The notes under the pieces were generated by a model, which did not search any database, was not told the origin of the DNA, and saw only the letters and a list, made by a program, of their open reading frames with translations. A DNA stretch of 64,000 nucleotides. It comes from Basidiobolus meristosporus CBS 931.73 (taxonomy: Eukaryota; Fungi; Basidiobolomycota). Of this stretch, positions 1-12,366 are shown piece after piece. Each line of letters starts with the position of its first letter. The first letter of the stretch is position 1. The position numbers were made by a program, and so were the translations under genes. The stretch lies in contig MCFE01000193.1 in NCBI GenBank assembly GCA_002104905.1, forward strand, positions 72,595 through 136,594, in the 5' to 3' direction.

Positions 1-2396
1 TGAAGCCATTATAAACTTTTTTTAAGTTATCAACTAAGTTGGGGATTGTAGCTCAATAGTTTTCCCTTGACAAGCTTGAGGCTTTATTCCCCTTTGCATT
101 AGATTAGTCAAAAGACCCAGTGTTCCTAGCAAGCTTTTGCCAGAGGTTATTGCACCCATTGAACACCCCACATACATTCACACTTGAGAAGTGATGACTG
201 TATTTTGCCCTTTGGACTTATACACCACCACAACAAGGTACTCTTGTGAGGAGTGTTGGTGTAGTTTAGATTGATGTGCACTGGCATGCTGAAGTTGCAA
301 GGGATGGTAAGGAATCCAGCTAGGCATGCTGGTGCAATCTAGACAATGTTGCTTGCGGACTGTATTTTTCCTCTTGAAGCTTACCTTTGGACTCCTCAAG
401 GTATTCACTTACCCTCTGTCTGATACTTTGGAACTGTTACCTGGATGAGACCTGTGTATATTGCTCTTAGAAGCCACTTTGCTCTACTAATACATCACAT
501 AATACAATAGTCATTTGAGGCAAAAACTCATTCAAAATCTCTTTGGTTCCCAAAGTCAAGGCACAAACAGACATGCCAGGCCTGTACTGGGCAAACTGCG
601 CGCAAAATTGTTCCCACATGGCTTCCTCATCAAATCCCCTCACTCTCTGCTCATTCTTGATTTCAATACTTGTCTTGTTATATATCCTCTTACATATATC
701 CACTGGCATCTTGATGTAGAACTCATGCCACAGCTTTCTACATAGGTTCTTCCATCTCTGTCAACTCTCCAAGGTATCTAGTTCAGCTAGATTAATGAGT
801 GGTGCTCAAATATCTGTATGAAGGCTCATCATAGATACTTGGGCCATACTGAAATCATTTGGCAAGAACTCAAACAGATCCAACATCAACTTTTCTAGTC
901 TGGACCGTGCTTGTGAGCTGGGGGATGGCTTTTGTCTGGGTTAAACTAAAGATGAGTTGAGACTTGGTATAGGGACCATAGTAATGGATTTGGATGCTTA
1001 TACAGTAGAGTATTGGCATTAACCTGGTCTTATATGAAATATATATGAAAACTAATGTTATTGTTGAGTTTTCCATATATTATGCATGAGGCTTCTCAGA
1101 TTGCATTGACATGGATCAGATCACATCAACTGAGGATTTCTTATTTGATTTTAGACTTGTGAGTACAGCATCAATAAAAATACCCAGTCATTGTTTGAAG
1201 ATGATTTTTGCAACATAATGATGGGATACATGGCAATTGATGGAGATTTAATCTAAATGCATTGAAGAGCAGATAAGTAAAGCAGATTGTGCTAAATCAA
1301 TTCAATTCACCTCAGCCCAATCATTTACCAATTGTAATATGACTTACTCATCTGAATGATATTCTCTCATCAGTGCCATCACTACCACTGGATTTCTGTT
1401 TGAGACACTAGAGGAGATCTATACCAAGTACTGTGGACCATCTACTCCAACCTACTCAGGGAGATCCCTTATTAAGCTTCTCTGCTATTACAAGAACTAT
1501 TGCCCAACAAGGTTTCATACCACAATACATAGCAAAAAAAGTCCTAGAAGCTTTCATTCCCAGCTCACAGCAATGGAGAACTACCTTGCAGAGGGTATGA
1601 ATGACTTAGTACAAGCTTGGAATACTAGGTTCAGAAGCTCCAATAGACTTCTATATCCCAGAGTGCTCAGCAACCGGTTTGGTATAAGGAGTATTTTGGA
1701 TACCTTCCCAGTCAGGAGTAATATACCTTCTAGAGGGCAGAGGCACTTTTATTCTGGCAAGTACAAGGCACACTGTGTGAAGTTTCAAGCACTGTCTGAC
1801 ATTGAGGGTAACATCATCTGGTTTTGTGTGCCATTTGCTGGAAGTAGGCATGACAAAGCACTCTGGGTAGAGAATCATCCAGAATTCAGTAGAGGGGCAA
1901 AATGTATGGCAAACTTAGCTTATATAGGAGAGGATTGTCAGAGATTAGGTTGTATTACAGCTTATTGGAAGCCAAGGAATGATATGCTTAGCAGGAAGCA
2001 GAAGCTCTATAATGTGATATTTAATCACTTCAGAGTGAGGATAGAGCATACATTTGGATATCTGAGGAGATTGAGCATATTGGCAAGTAAATACAGAGGA
2101 AGGTCAAATATAGGAGAAAGCAACAGAATAATTAAAATAGTTAAAATACTTATCAATGCACAGTATATTCATACAAGAAGACATCCACAGAGAGAAATGT
2201 GTCTGGAGCATTATGAAGAGTAAATAAAGTCAGAAAAGCACTACTCTGAGTAAAATAAGTAAGATTAAATAAAATTACCAGTAACTATATCCTACCACTG
2301 GCATTATGGTAGAAATTATAGTACCAGATAGTGCCAGATTGATCTAGCACTGTAAGCATGCAGGCACTATGTGGCACTATCCAAGGGAACAAGTCT
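1..2396 (+). mobile_element. Degenerate PIF/Harbinger-ISL2EU (PHIS)-type DNA transposon, right part (left end outside the window or unrecognisable)
   Basis: Contains a DDE_Tnp_4-like ORF. Ends in GTGGCACTATCCAAGGGAACAAGTCT (2371-2396), 23/26 identical to the right terminal inverted repeat of the MITE at 12341-12366. Confidence 0.65.
1573..2223 (+). pseudogene. DDE_Tnp_4-like transposase, probably inactive (5' part decayed, second catalytic Asp reads Asn)
   Basis: Motifs ILDTFPV, YSGKYKAHCVKFQ, GSRHD, ANLAYIG (usually AD.GY), YN..F...RVRIEHTFG. Confidence 0.8.
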
Positions 2397-2818
2397 ATAC
2401 TCTATGATACTGATATGCTACAGATAGTAACACAAACATTGGTAAGGTGTCAAGGATACCCATGTAGGCTGTTGTCTAATGTAAGTAAATCTATTAATCA
2501 CAAACATTAAAATATATGTGATAACTAATGATAATTGCCAATTAGAATGAATAGTATATTTAAATAAAACTAGTATTATATGCACAGAAGAATGGGATAG
2601 TACTGTTAAGATAAAATATGAAAAAGCATACTATAGTGGTGTATTGATAAACCTTTATATGAAGTATATGTTTAAACTGCACACCCCATAAAGACCAGCC
2701 AGCCATGTGTATTGGCCAGTCAAATCCTCCAAAATAAATGTAGATGCCATTAAGACTGCCTCAACATCAAGCATACCTAACAGAAAGAGTGTCAAAACAC
2801 TGTCAAGTTTATTACTAT

Positions 2819-2843
2819 AGACTTGTTCCATTGGATAGTGCTG
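2819..2843 (+). repeat. Isolated left terminal inverted repeat of the same DNA transposon/MITE family
   Basis: AGACTTGTTCCATTGGATAGTGC matches the MITE left end AGACTTGTTCCGTTGGATAGTGC at 11634. Confidence 0.6.
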
Positions 2844-3088
2844 TATGGTGCCTGCCTGATTATTTAAAACAGATAAATTGTACTTGTTTAAATTAATGGG
2901 TGATTTAAAATAAAAAATGTAGCTAAGAAATAAAATAATTGCATAATGGATATAACAAGCAATAGACTCTGATAAATCTAATTATTTTTTATTATCATGA
3001 AATAATATATGCATTAATAATATTATATATTTTATTCCATATTTACAATTGCCATCATACCAACTTGGATTTAACAGAACTTTTTAAT

Positions 3089-3475
3089 AGACTTGTTCTG
3101 TTGGATGGTGCCAAATGATGCCAGAGTGTGCCAAGAAGGCCAAGTGAGCCTATACTGGCCACAGAGTGTGAAATACAGCTCTGCACATTCATGCAAAGCA
3201 GCCCCTGTGTTTCACCCATTGAGCTGGAGAAAATCTATTTTTTGACCTTTCTTTTTGGATCAACATTGTTCAGGATGTGTGAGAGCATAGAAGGACTGAA
3301 GACATGCATCTGATACTCAGTACCCATGGCACTCTGAATCTAGCTCCTGTGGCTTGTATCATGTCACAAAAATGATTGGCACTATCTTGGTCCACTGGTA
3401 CTATCAGGCACTATTTTTAAATATTAGCCCTAAAGTAAGACCTATATAAAGCACTTATAGTGCCAGATAGTACCA
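3089..3475. mobile_element. Truncated foldback MITE (one arm plus central spacer)
   Basis: Homologous to the arms of 11634-12366. The central spacer is in the opposite orientation. Stops at the copia LTR sequence. Confidence 0.75.
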
Positions 3476-4728
3476 TAGGTTAAGGAAGGTCCCAAGAACA
3501 TGTGTGCAAATTTTGGGGCTGTTTGGACAACTTTGAGAATTTTCATGTTCTGGGTACCTGGTATTTTGGTGAAAATGTTCTAAGTAAATCCCAACAAGAA
3601 ATTTGGTCAGTATTCTCTAGGATTTGAAGGTAGTGATCTAAGTGACTAAGTTAGGTGAATATTTAGATGGAATTGCAAACTTTTACAACACTCCCAGTAA
3701 GCTAAATGTTCATACTGACTAGTCCTAATTTTGACCTAAGATATTCAAGCTTGTCTCTAACTAATGGTTTGGTAAATATGTCTGCAATCATTTCATCTGA
3801 AGGACAGTGAACTGAGCTAACTAAGTTATTCTCTGTAGCTTTGTGCATGAACCAATGTCTTATATCTATGTGCTTAGTTCTAGCATGAAAAGTTGGATTT
3901 CTACCTTATTGTATACATCCTTGATTATCTTGAAATAAAGTAAGAGGAGTTTTTTGACAGAGGCCTAAATCTGTAAAAAGCTTTCTTAGCTGTATTGCTT
4001 TTTTGGTAGCTTCACAGGCTGCCATGTACTCTGCCTCTGTGTTAGGAAGTGCTATGATTGGTTGCTTTCTTGAGTTCCATGAAATTGCTCCTTTACAGTA
4101 TAGACAGGTGTATCCTGTGGTGGATACTCTGTCTTCCAAGTTTTGTCCCCAATCAGCATCAGAGTATCCCACAAGATCCTGTTCTGAATCCTTATAAGCA
4201 TATCCTAAGCAGATATCAGCAGTTCCTTTTGGATATCTAAAAATCTGCTTAACTGCGGCAATATGATCAGATCCATAGCTCTGATTATGCTAGCTTACAA
4301 CTCCCACTGAATATGAGATATCTGGACGTGTTCCAAGCATGATAAACATCAGACTGCCAACCATAGATTGATAAGGAAAGTCAGGGCTTTCAGATGGCAC
4401 CAAGCTCTCTTGATTTGGCTGAGTTTTGACCAAGTTGAGGTTTCACTCCTTTGGGGCAGCTGCCAGTTTACAGACTTCCATTTGATACTTCTTTAGTATA
4501 TCTTGAATTTACTTGGATTTGTGTAGGGTAATAGTCTGGGTACATCTGTCTATGGAGAACTTAATTCCTAAGTAGTAACTAAGTACTCTTAGATCAGACA
4601 TCTTGAACTCCTTAGATAGGCTGGATTTAGTTTCTTCCAATGTTTCTAGGTTATTGGCGGCTATAATAAGATCATTCACATATAGAGCTAATAGAACTGG
4701 ATCTGCTCTATCTGGCTTATAGTATATA

Positions 4729-5249
4729 TGTTATGAATAGACACAAGGCAGGATGAAAAGCTAGGCATGGCAGGAAAGGACTTGGGTGTGGACCATCAAG
4801 GCAAGGCAGGATTCAAGGCAAGGCTGTTTATTCAAGACCTGTGTTTATCAGACTGAGGAATACTTAAGGGGGGATAGGACTATATATACTTTTTGGCTAT
4901 ATTGATGCCGAGAGATGTTAGCTAATACTAATGGGGTTGTGGGGTGAGGCACAGCAATGGTGCTGGGGATAATGACATAGATGACATGGTACTGAGACAG
5001 GATGGGGAAATGGATTGGGTCACCTGATCATGTGACTAAGTCATGTGACCTGGTATTTCCATATATGGTACTGGACTATAAAAAATACAATGGAAAGCTT
5101 CCATGGAATGTTCCATTGTGTAACAATGATTTGGAATGGTCAGGAACTTTCTGGAAGGTGGTAGAAGGTTCCGGAAGGAATCTCTTAGAAATTGAGCTGG
5201 GAAGCTGAAACTTGGCATGGGTGTTCATGGTTGTCATGTGATCATGACA
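4729..5249 (-). repeat. 3' LTR of the gypsy element (521 bp)
   Basis: Near-identical to 10917-11420 apart from a 17-bp internal duplication. Confidence 0.95.
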
Positions 5250-5670
5250 CTATTCTCCTCTTCCAGGCGGAGCTCTGTTTCCCTTTGGGGCAGGTTTTGC
5301 AGGATATTGTTGGTGGAACTGGGTAACTAGTTCTTGACAATTAGTGAGATGTGTAGCTGGTTCCCATGTTTGGTCACTTGGGCCATAACCAATCCAGTCT
5401 ACTAAGTAGTACAGCTTTGACCGGATATACTTGGAGTCTAGAATCTGTTTAACTTCAAATTCTTGATGTTGGTCAACCTGGATAGCTTGGGGCTTTGCTT
5501 CTTGCCGGTTTGGCAATGTGTTCCTACAATACGGCTCCAGGAGGGACACATGGAAAGTATCATGGATTTTCATACTTGCTGGTAACTGTAGCTGATATAC
5601 TATAGGGCTAAGCTTCTTCTTGATCTTGAAGGGACCAAGTTTCTTGAAATCCAACTTGTCACAAGGGCGG

Positions 5671-6473
5671 TGTGGTAGGGTAAACATACCTCCCACAGAC
5701 AAGTTTACTCATATAGTCATTATGATATACTTATCCATATTTTATCTTATCAGTATTATCCCATTCTTCTTTTGCCCATATTATCAGTATTATCCCCATA
5801 TGATGTTTACCCTGATTAGTTATTAGCATTAGTTATCCCAGATGTTATTCAGCTTTGTGATCAGTATATGTATCTATATAAGGCAAGTACCCGCGTCAGT
5901 ACCCGTGACACATGACCTAGGTCTGTGTTACCATCTCTACCATTTCAATACCATATATGGTATTTCTATGTTGCACAGGTTTCAGACTACTGATTCCTGA
6001 TTGGTTGAGAGTGCTGTGCCTTTTAGAACCTTCCAGGACATTCTTGGCATATTTTAGCTCATAGTGATGTCATCAAGAGTTCCACTGATACCTAGAATCT
6101 TCTAGAACCTTGTCATTAGTAATCGCTTGGCAATCAGGAAAAGTATTTAAGGGAAAGCAATCCCTCATCAATAAATCATCCCTTCTATCAGTAACACTTC
6201 TACCTTATTGATTAGCAGTTGATCACTGCACCTGCCTTCAACAGTACATCTCAGACCTGCCATCAAGGAGCTTTTCAGGGTAGTGCACAAGACACACAGA
6301 GGCCTTTGGAGACACTTGGAGCACCTAGGAAGCTAGAGAAGCAGGAGCTTTTACCATAGAGACATACTGACAAAGACACCAGCAGTTTAGACCCAGAGGT
6401 TATTGGACCTATCAGACACCTCACACACCTTGAGTTGTGTAGCTTCTCCCAGGAGTACCTCTACACCACCACA
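5671..6473. mobile_element. Solo LTR (803 bp) of an unrelated LTR element
   Basis: Termini TGTGGT...ACCACA, 4-bp TSD GCGG (5667-5670 and 6474-6477), no coding content. Confidence 0.85.
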
Positions 6474-9400
6474 GCGGTTGGTGCTGATGTTTCTTCTGAG
6501 CAACCATACAGAATCTCCTTCATGAAGATCAGGGCTGGGATGCCGTTTTAGATTGGCAAATTTCTTGTAGCTTTCCTGAGCTAAGAATAGCTCTTCCTTA
6601 AGGGTGCTCTGGATGTCCTGGATTGCTTGGGCATGTTCAGCCGCATGTGGGCTCATTGGGTTTGTTGGAATCTGGGTATCAAACTGAGGGTGGAATCCAT
6701 AGTTTGCATAGAATGGTGTAAAACCGGTTGCACTATGACTTGAGTTGTTGTAGGCAAACTCAGCAACAGGGAGTAGGTCAACCCAATTGTCTTGCTGGTA
6801 ATTGATATAGCACCGGAGGTATTGCTCCAGAATCTGGTTGATTCTTTCAGTCTGGCCATCAGACTGTGGATGGAAGGCAGTAGAGAGCTTGACTTGAACA
6901 CCAAGGTATTGCATGAAGTGTTTCCAAAACTTGGACACAAACTGTGGGCCTCTATCTGACACAATATCACTGGGGATACCATGAAGGCGGAAAATATTCT
7001 TCAGGACTAAAGCAGCAGTTTCTTTTGCATCAGTGTTCTTACAGCAAGGGATGAAGTGAGCCATCTTGGTCAGCCGGTCAGCCACTACAAGTATAGCATT
7101 GAAGCCACATGACTCAGGGAGGTCAGTAATGAAGTCCATAGATATAGATCTCCATTGGTGTTCTGGGATAGGCAGGGGTTGAAGAAGTCCATAGGGCTGG
7201 TGTCTGGCTGGTTTTGCACGGTTGCAAATATCACAAGTCAGAATGTACTCTTTGATAAGAGTTATCATTCTAGGCCACCAGAAATCTCTTTTGATAGCAT
7301 TCAAGGTTTTGGCAGTACCAAAGTGGCCTGCAGCCTTTGAATCATGCCGAGACTTAATGATGTCTAGCTGGGTGGCAAGGTCTGGGACATAAAGCTGCTG
7401 CTTGTGGTAGATGAGGTTGTTTACCAAATGCAGGTTCTGGATGTTTGGGAACTTGGGAGGGGGCCCAACTGGGGATTCCAGATATTTCTTGATGCTGCTG
7501 GAAGTCATATCAGAGGCCTGGGACTCTGATATCCTTACTAGGAATGAAGGGATGACAAGCCTTGAGGACTGGGTGGCAAGAATCTCAAAATGTTTCTTGC
7601 TCAGCAATGGGTGTTCCATTTGCCGACAGGCATCATCTCCCTCTTCCAGGGCATATTCCTTTTTTCTGGACAGGGCATCAGGCTTTCCTTGCTTTGCACC
7701 AGGTCTATAGGTGATAGTAAAGTCAAAGCTGGACAGGAAGAGTGACCATCTGGCTTGTCTCCGGTTTAGTACTTTGGAAGTTGCAAAGTACTCAAGGTTC
7801 TTATGGTCACAGAAGACTTTGATTTTGTGTTTAGCACCATCCAGGTAGTGTCTCCATTGCTCAAAGGCTACAATGATGGCAAGCAACTCCTTATCATAGA
7901 TATCATAGTTGATCTCTGCAGGGGAAAACTTCCGAGAGTAGAATGCAATGGGGTGCAACACATTGTCCTCATCATACTGGGAGAGTATGGCACCAAGGGC
8001 AAAATCAGAAGCATCAGTCTCCACTATGAATTGCTTCTCAAGGTCAGGGTGGGCAAGCAGGGGGGCCTTCAGGAAAGATTTCTTAAGTTGGTTGAATGAG
8101 GTGGATTGCTCCTCATTCCAGGCAAAAGGTGTGTTCTTCTGGGTTAGCTTTGTCAGAGGGGTGACTATCTTGGAGTAGTTGGCTATGAACCTGCGATAGA
8201 AGTTGGCAAATCCCAGGAAGGATTGTACTTCCTTGACTGAGCTTGGAGTTTTCCAGGACTGGACTGAGTCAACTTTCTTTGGGTCCATTCTTGTTCCCTC
8301 AGGGCTGATGAGGTAACCAAGAAGTTCCACTTCTCTCTGGTCAAATTCACACTTCTCTAACTTGGCATAGAGACCGGCAGAGTCTAGTTTTCTCAATACT
8401 TTCTTGACATGTTCATCATGTTCATCTTGGCTCTTGGAGTATATGAGAATATCATCAAGGTAGATTACCACAAACTGGTCAAGGTATTCACGGAATATAG
8501 CATTCATGAGGTGTTGAAACACAGCAGGGGCATTGGTTAGGCCAAATGGCATTACTTTGTACTCAAAGTGACCATATCTTGTGCAAAAGGCAGTTTTCCA
8601 TTCATCACCAGGCTTGATTCTGACAAGATTGTAAGCTCCTCTCAAGTCTATCTTGGTGAAGACTTGGGCAGCAGATAGCTGATCCAACAGTGTGTTGATC
8701 AGGGGCAGGGGGTAGCGGTTCTTGACTGTGATCTTATTCAAAGCACGGTAGTCCACACACATTTTGAGGGTGCCATCCTTCTTCTTGACAAAGAGGATTG
8801 GGGCTCCAGCAGGTGATTTGGAGTGCTGAATAAAACCCTTCTGGAGGTTTTCTTGAATATAACCATGGAGTTCTTTCAACTCCGGCTGGGAGAGGTTATA
8901 TATTGGGCCAAATGGAGGGACTTTTCCATCTTCAAGGTCAATAGGGCAGTCATAAGGCCGATGGTCAGGGAGGAGTTCTGCTTTCTTCTTGTCAAAGACA
9001 TGGGCAAACTCTTGGTACTTGGCTGGTATGTTTGCTGAGGGGGCTCCTTCAGCTGGCAAGGTATCTTGGGCTGTTGAACTGTTGGCAACAGTCTTTTCAC
9101 GGTTATCAGGGTCTGGAGACTTCATGGAGTTGACTTGGTGGGATCTGGTGAATGACAGGATCTTGGATTTCCAATCAATACTTGGATTGTGATAAATCAG
9201 CCATGAACTTCCAAGCACAATAGGATAGTGTGGTGAGTTGATGATGTTGAAGGCGATTCTTTCTTGGTGGGCAGTACTGGACAGCTGGAGTAAGCATGTT
9301 TCATGGGTAACGGCACCAGAGGAGAGTGATCTTCCATCAATAACTTCTACTTGGACTGGACAGGATTTCAAGGTAACAGGAATAGAGTGCTTCTGGACAA

Positions 9401-9560
9401 AGGCTTGGTCAATGAAACAGGATGAAGCACCGGAATCAATCAGGGCTAGGGCTGGGACAGGCCTGGAGTCAGGGATCTGGATTTTGACAGGCATTCTCAA
9501 GGACTGGATAGATTTTGTGGCAAAGGAAGATTCTTGGATATGCTGGATTTTCATGGGTGG

Positions 9561-9605
9561 GTCCAGTTGCAAGCCTGTCAGTGCAACTGGACATTGGAGT
9601 TTCCC
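9561..9605 (-). promoter_or_regulatory. -1 programmed ribosomal frameshift signal (gag to pol)
   Basis: Slippery G GGA AAC (9605-9599), 6-nt spacer, perfect 11-bp hairpin GTCCAGTTGCA/TGCAACTGGAC. The pol frame is -1 and open from the heptamer. Confidence 0.85.
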
Positions 9606-10540
9606 AACAGATCTGAATCGGGTTGGTTACTGGAGGACTGCATCAGCTTGAGGCTGGACTTCTTGTTGGGGCAGGACTTGGCAAAGTGACCTGGTTGGCC
9701 ACAGTATAGACAGAGGTTGGCTTGTTGACGTCTGGACTTTTCACTCTTTGATAGTTTCTTGTATTTGACACTATCAATCTGCATAGGATCTTCTGGAGTG
9801 ACTTGGGGAGCAGGAAGGGCTGGGACTGCAACAGGAATGTGTCTTTGACGATTCTTTTGCTTCTTCTGGAATAGTCTGTTATCACACCGGATTGCCTGGT
9901 GCATAGCTTCAACCAATGTATCTGGATCTGGGAGTGTGAGTAGCAGATCACAAACTTCATCATTAGGGCCATCTTGGAATTGGCTTATCAAGGCTGCTTG
10001 ACCCCAGGAGCTGAGGTCACTGGAGAGTTGTCGGAATTCTGAGGCATAGGCTGATGCTGGTTTGTTCCCTTGTTTGAGGGTCTTGATCTTGTTGGCAGCA
10101 GTTCTGGCTTGGTCAAGGTTACCAAATGTTAGCTCCATTTCAGTGAGAAATGCTTGGTAGTCTCTGAGTAGGGGAGAGTTGGTCTCCACTAATGGGGAGA
10201 ACCACTTGAGAGCTGTACCAGTAAGCAGGTTGGAGATGAAACCAACTTTGGCCTGGTCAGTGGGGTACCGGTTAGGCTGGAGTGCAAGATTATTCTTCAC
10301 CATGTTGATGAAGCCACAGAATTCATTCTGAGAGCCATTGAACTTGGTAGCAGGAGTATACTTGGGTTCTTGGTAGACTGGGACATGGCTAGTTTGCTGG
10401 ACACTTTGGTTCTGGAACTGAGCAAGAGTGTTTCTGAGGTCTGCATGGTCTTGCTGCAGTTGGGTAAAGGCAGCCATGAGCTGGGCAAAGTTCAGCTCTA
10501 GGTTGGACATGGTAGCAGAGGAAGGCGGATGAACTTGCAA
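9578..10540 (-). CDS. Gypsy Gag, 320 aa
   Basis: Retrotrans_gag-like core (KFNG, LLTGTALKW, LKQG...AYASEF) and CCHC knuckle CLYCGQPGHFAKSC. Confidence 0.92.
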   Translation of the reverse strand: MQVHPPSSATMSNLELNFAQLMAAFTQLQQDHADLRNTLAQFQNQSVQQTSHVPVYQEPKYTPATKFNGSQNEFCGFINMVKNNLALQPNRYPTDQAKVGFISNLLTGTALKWFSPLVETNSPLLRDYQAFLTEMELTFGNLDQARTAANKIKTLKQGNKPASAYASEFRQLSSDLSSWGQAALISQFQDGPNDEVCDLLLTLPDPDTLVEAMHQAIRCDNRLFQKKQKNRQRHIPVAVPALPAPQVTPEDPMQIDSVKYKKLSKSEKSRRQQANLCLYCGQPGHFAKSCPNKKSSLKLMQSSSNQPDSDLLGNSNVQLH

Positions 10541-10903
10541 GGAATACTGGAATATACTAAACTAGATTGTGGGTTTGTAAAGCCACTAGTATGTCAAGAA
10601 TACAACTATTGAGCCACAATCCCCAACTTAAATAAGTTAGCGTCACTTCAGAAGGTACTGGTTTCAACGCCCTTTGATAGAGTATTGTACTAAAGCTTCC
10701 AATACTGTAACAACTGTAAACTCCACCAGCAGGGTAATAAAGTGAATGCAGCTTTGACCAATAGTTTTACAAAGATAAAGTATCTTTGCCTTTATAGGAC
10801 AAGACTAGGGAAAGATGATGGGTGATACTTACGGTGAGTATTCCTTTTACAAGTTTTCTTCAAACTTTGGACAGAAGGCAGGGATCCACAGGTAAGTCAG
10901 GAG

Positions 10904-10916
10904 AGTCTGATAAAAC
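10904..10916 (-). promoter_or_regulatory. Self-complementary primer binding site (Tf1-type)
   Basis: PBS GTTTTATCAGACT pairs over 11 nt with LTR AGTCTGATAAA (11025-11015), which lies about 27 nt downstream of TATATATA (11059-11052). Confidence 0.75.
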
Positions 10917-11420
10917 TGTTATGAATAGACACAAGGCAGGATGAAAAGCTAGGCATGGCAGGAAAGGACTTGGGTGTGGACCATCAAGGCAAGGCTGTTT
11001 ATTCAAGACCTGTGTTTATCAGACTGAGGAATACTTAAGGGGGGATAGGACTATATATACTTTTTGGCTATATTGATGCCGAGAGATGTTAGCTAATACT
11101 AATGGGGTTGTGGGGTGAGGCACAGCAATGGTGCTGGGGATAATGACATAGATGACATGGTACTGAGACAGGATGGGGAAATGGATTGGGTCACCTGATC
11201 ATGTGACTAAGTCATGTGACCTGGTATTTCCATATATGGTACTGGACTATAAAAAATACAATGGAAAGCTTCCATGGAATGTTCCATTGTGTAACAATGA
11301 TTTGGAATGGTCAGGAACTTTCTGGAAGGTGGTAGAAGGTTCCGGAAGGAATCTCTTAGAAATTGAGCTGGGAAGCTGAAACTTGGCATGGGTGTTCATG
11401 GTTGTCATGTGATCATGACA
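10917..11420 (-). repeat. 5' LTR of the gypsy element (504 bp)
   Basis: TG...CA, matches 4729-5249. Confidence 0.95.
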
Positions 11421-11633
11421 ATATACTATAGTCAGCATTACTTCTTTTGAAACTCAAAGATTCCAAATAAGAATCTATCTTGCAATTCCAGGCTCTCAGT
11501 GATTGTTTGAGACCATATAGTGACTTTTTCAGTTTTCAGACCAAATTGGGGTTATCTTGGGCAACAAGCCCATCAGGATGGTCCATATACATATCCTCAT
11601 TAAGTGATGCATTCAAAAATGCAGTTTTGCATT

Positions 11634-12366
11634 AGACTTGTTCCGTTGGATAGTGCCACAATGAGCCATGAGTGCCAAATAGTGTCATTGCGTGCCAGAG
11701 AGGCATAGCAGACCTAAACTTGGCCCCAGAGTATGAAACATAGCTCTTCATCTTCATGCAGAGCAGCCCCTGTGTTTCACCTATTGTGTTGGAGAAAATC
11801 CATTTTTTGACCTTTTTTTTTGGATCAGTGTTGTGTATGATGCATAAGAGGACAGAAGGACCAATGACATGTATCTGGTACTCAATACACATGGCACTCT
11901 GAATCTAGCTCCTGTAGCTTGTATCATGTCATAAAAGTGAATGGCACTATCTTGGTCCACTGGTACTATCTGACACTATAAGTGCTTTATATAGGCCTTA
12001 CTTTAGGGCTAATATTTAAATATAGTGCCAGATAGTACCAGTGGACCAAGATAGTGCCATTCACTTTTATGACATGATACAAGCTACAGGAGCTAGATTC
12101 CGAGTGCCATGGGTATTGAGTACCAGGTGCATGTCTTCAATTCTTCTGTGCCCTTACACATCCTGCACTACATTGATCAAAAAAAAAGGTCAAAAAATGG
12201 ATTTTCTCCAACACAATAGGTGAAACACAGGGGCTGCTCTGCATGAAGATGAAGAGCTATGTTTCACACTCTGTGGCCAAGTTTAGGCTCACTTGGCCTC
12301 CCTGGCATGCTATGGCATCATTTGGCACTCATGGCTCAATGTGGCACTATCCACCGGAACAAGTCC
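11634..12366. mobile_element. Complete foldback MITE (733 bp, ~345-bp inverted arms, ~40-bp spacer), probable 3-bp TSD ATT
   Basis: AGACTTG...CAAGTCC ends. ATT at 11631-11633 and 12367-12369. The empty site restores the length of the copia RT sequence. Confidence 0.88.

Larger units (their letters stand above)
5250..9605 (-). pseudogene. Gypsy pol (protease, RT, RNase H, integrase, chromodomain), split inside the integrase C-terminus by a solo LTR
   Basis: LIDSGAS, YLDDILIY, TDASD, HHCC finger, MDFITD/SDRG/TERIN in 6477-9605. GPF motif and chromodomain (FEVKQILD...YLVDWIGY..TWEP) in 5250-5667. Removing the insert restores ...STNR|PCDK. The ORF-track start at 9572 is a TTG, not ATG. Confidence 0.92.
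4729..11420 (-). mobile_element. Ty3/gypsy chromovirus (Tf1/sushi-like) with both LTRs and a 5-bp TSD ATATA
   Basis: TG...CA LTRs. ATATA at 4724-4728 and 11421-11425; removing one copy restores the copia RT sequence. Domain order gag, PR-RT-RH-INT-chromodomain. PPT GGAAGAGGAGAA precedes the 3' LTR. Confidence 0.95.

Noticed and set aside
178-1076. Minus-strand ORFs as the second (DNA-binding) gene of the PHIS element
   Set aside because: The position fits, but the fragments show no Myb/SANT or exonuclease motif that I can verify.
6653-9651. Numerous short antisense or alternate-frame ORFs over gag/pol and other genes
   Set aside because: These are shadow ORFs of real coding regions and carry no independent signal.
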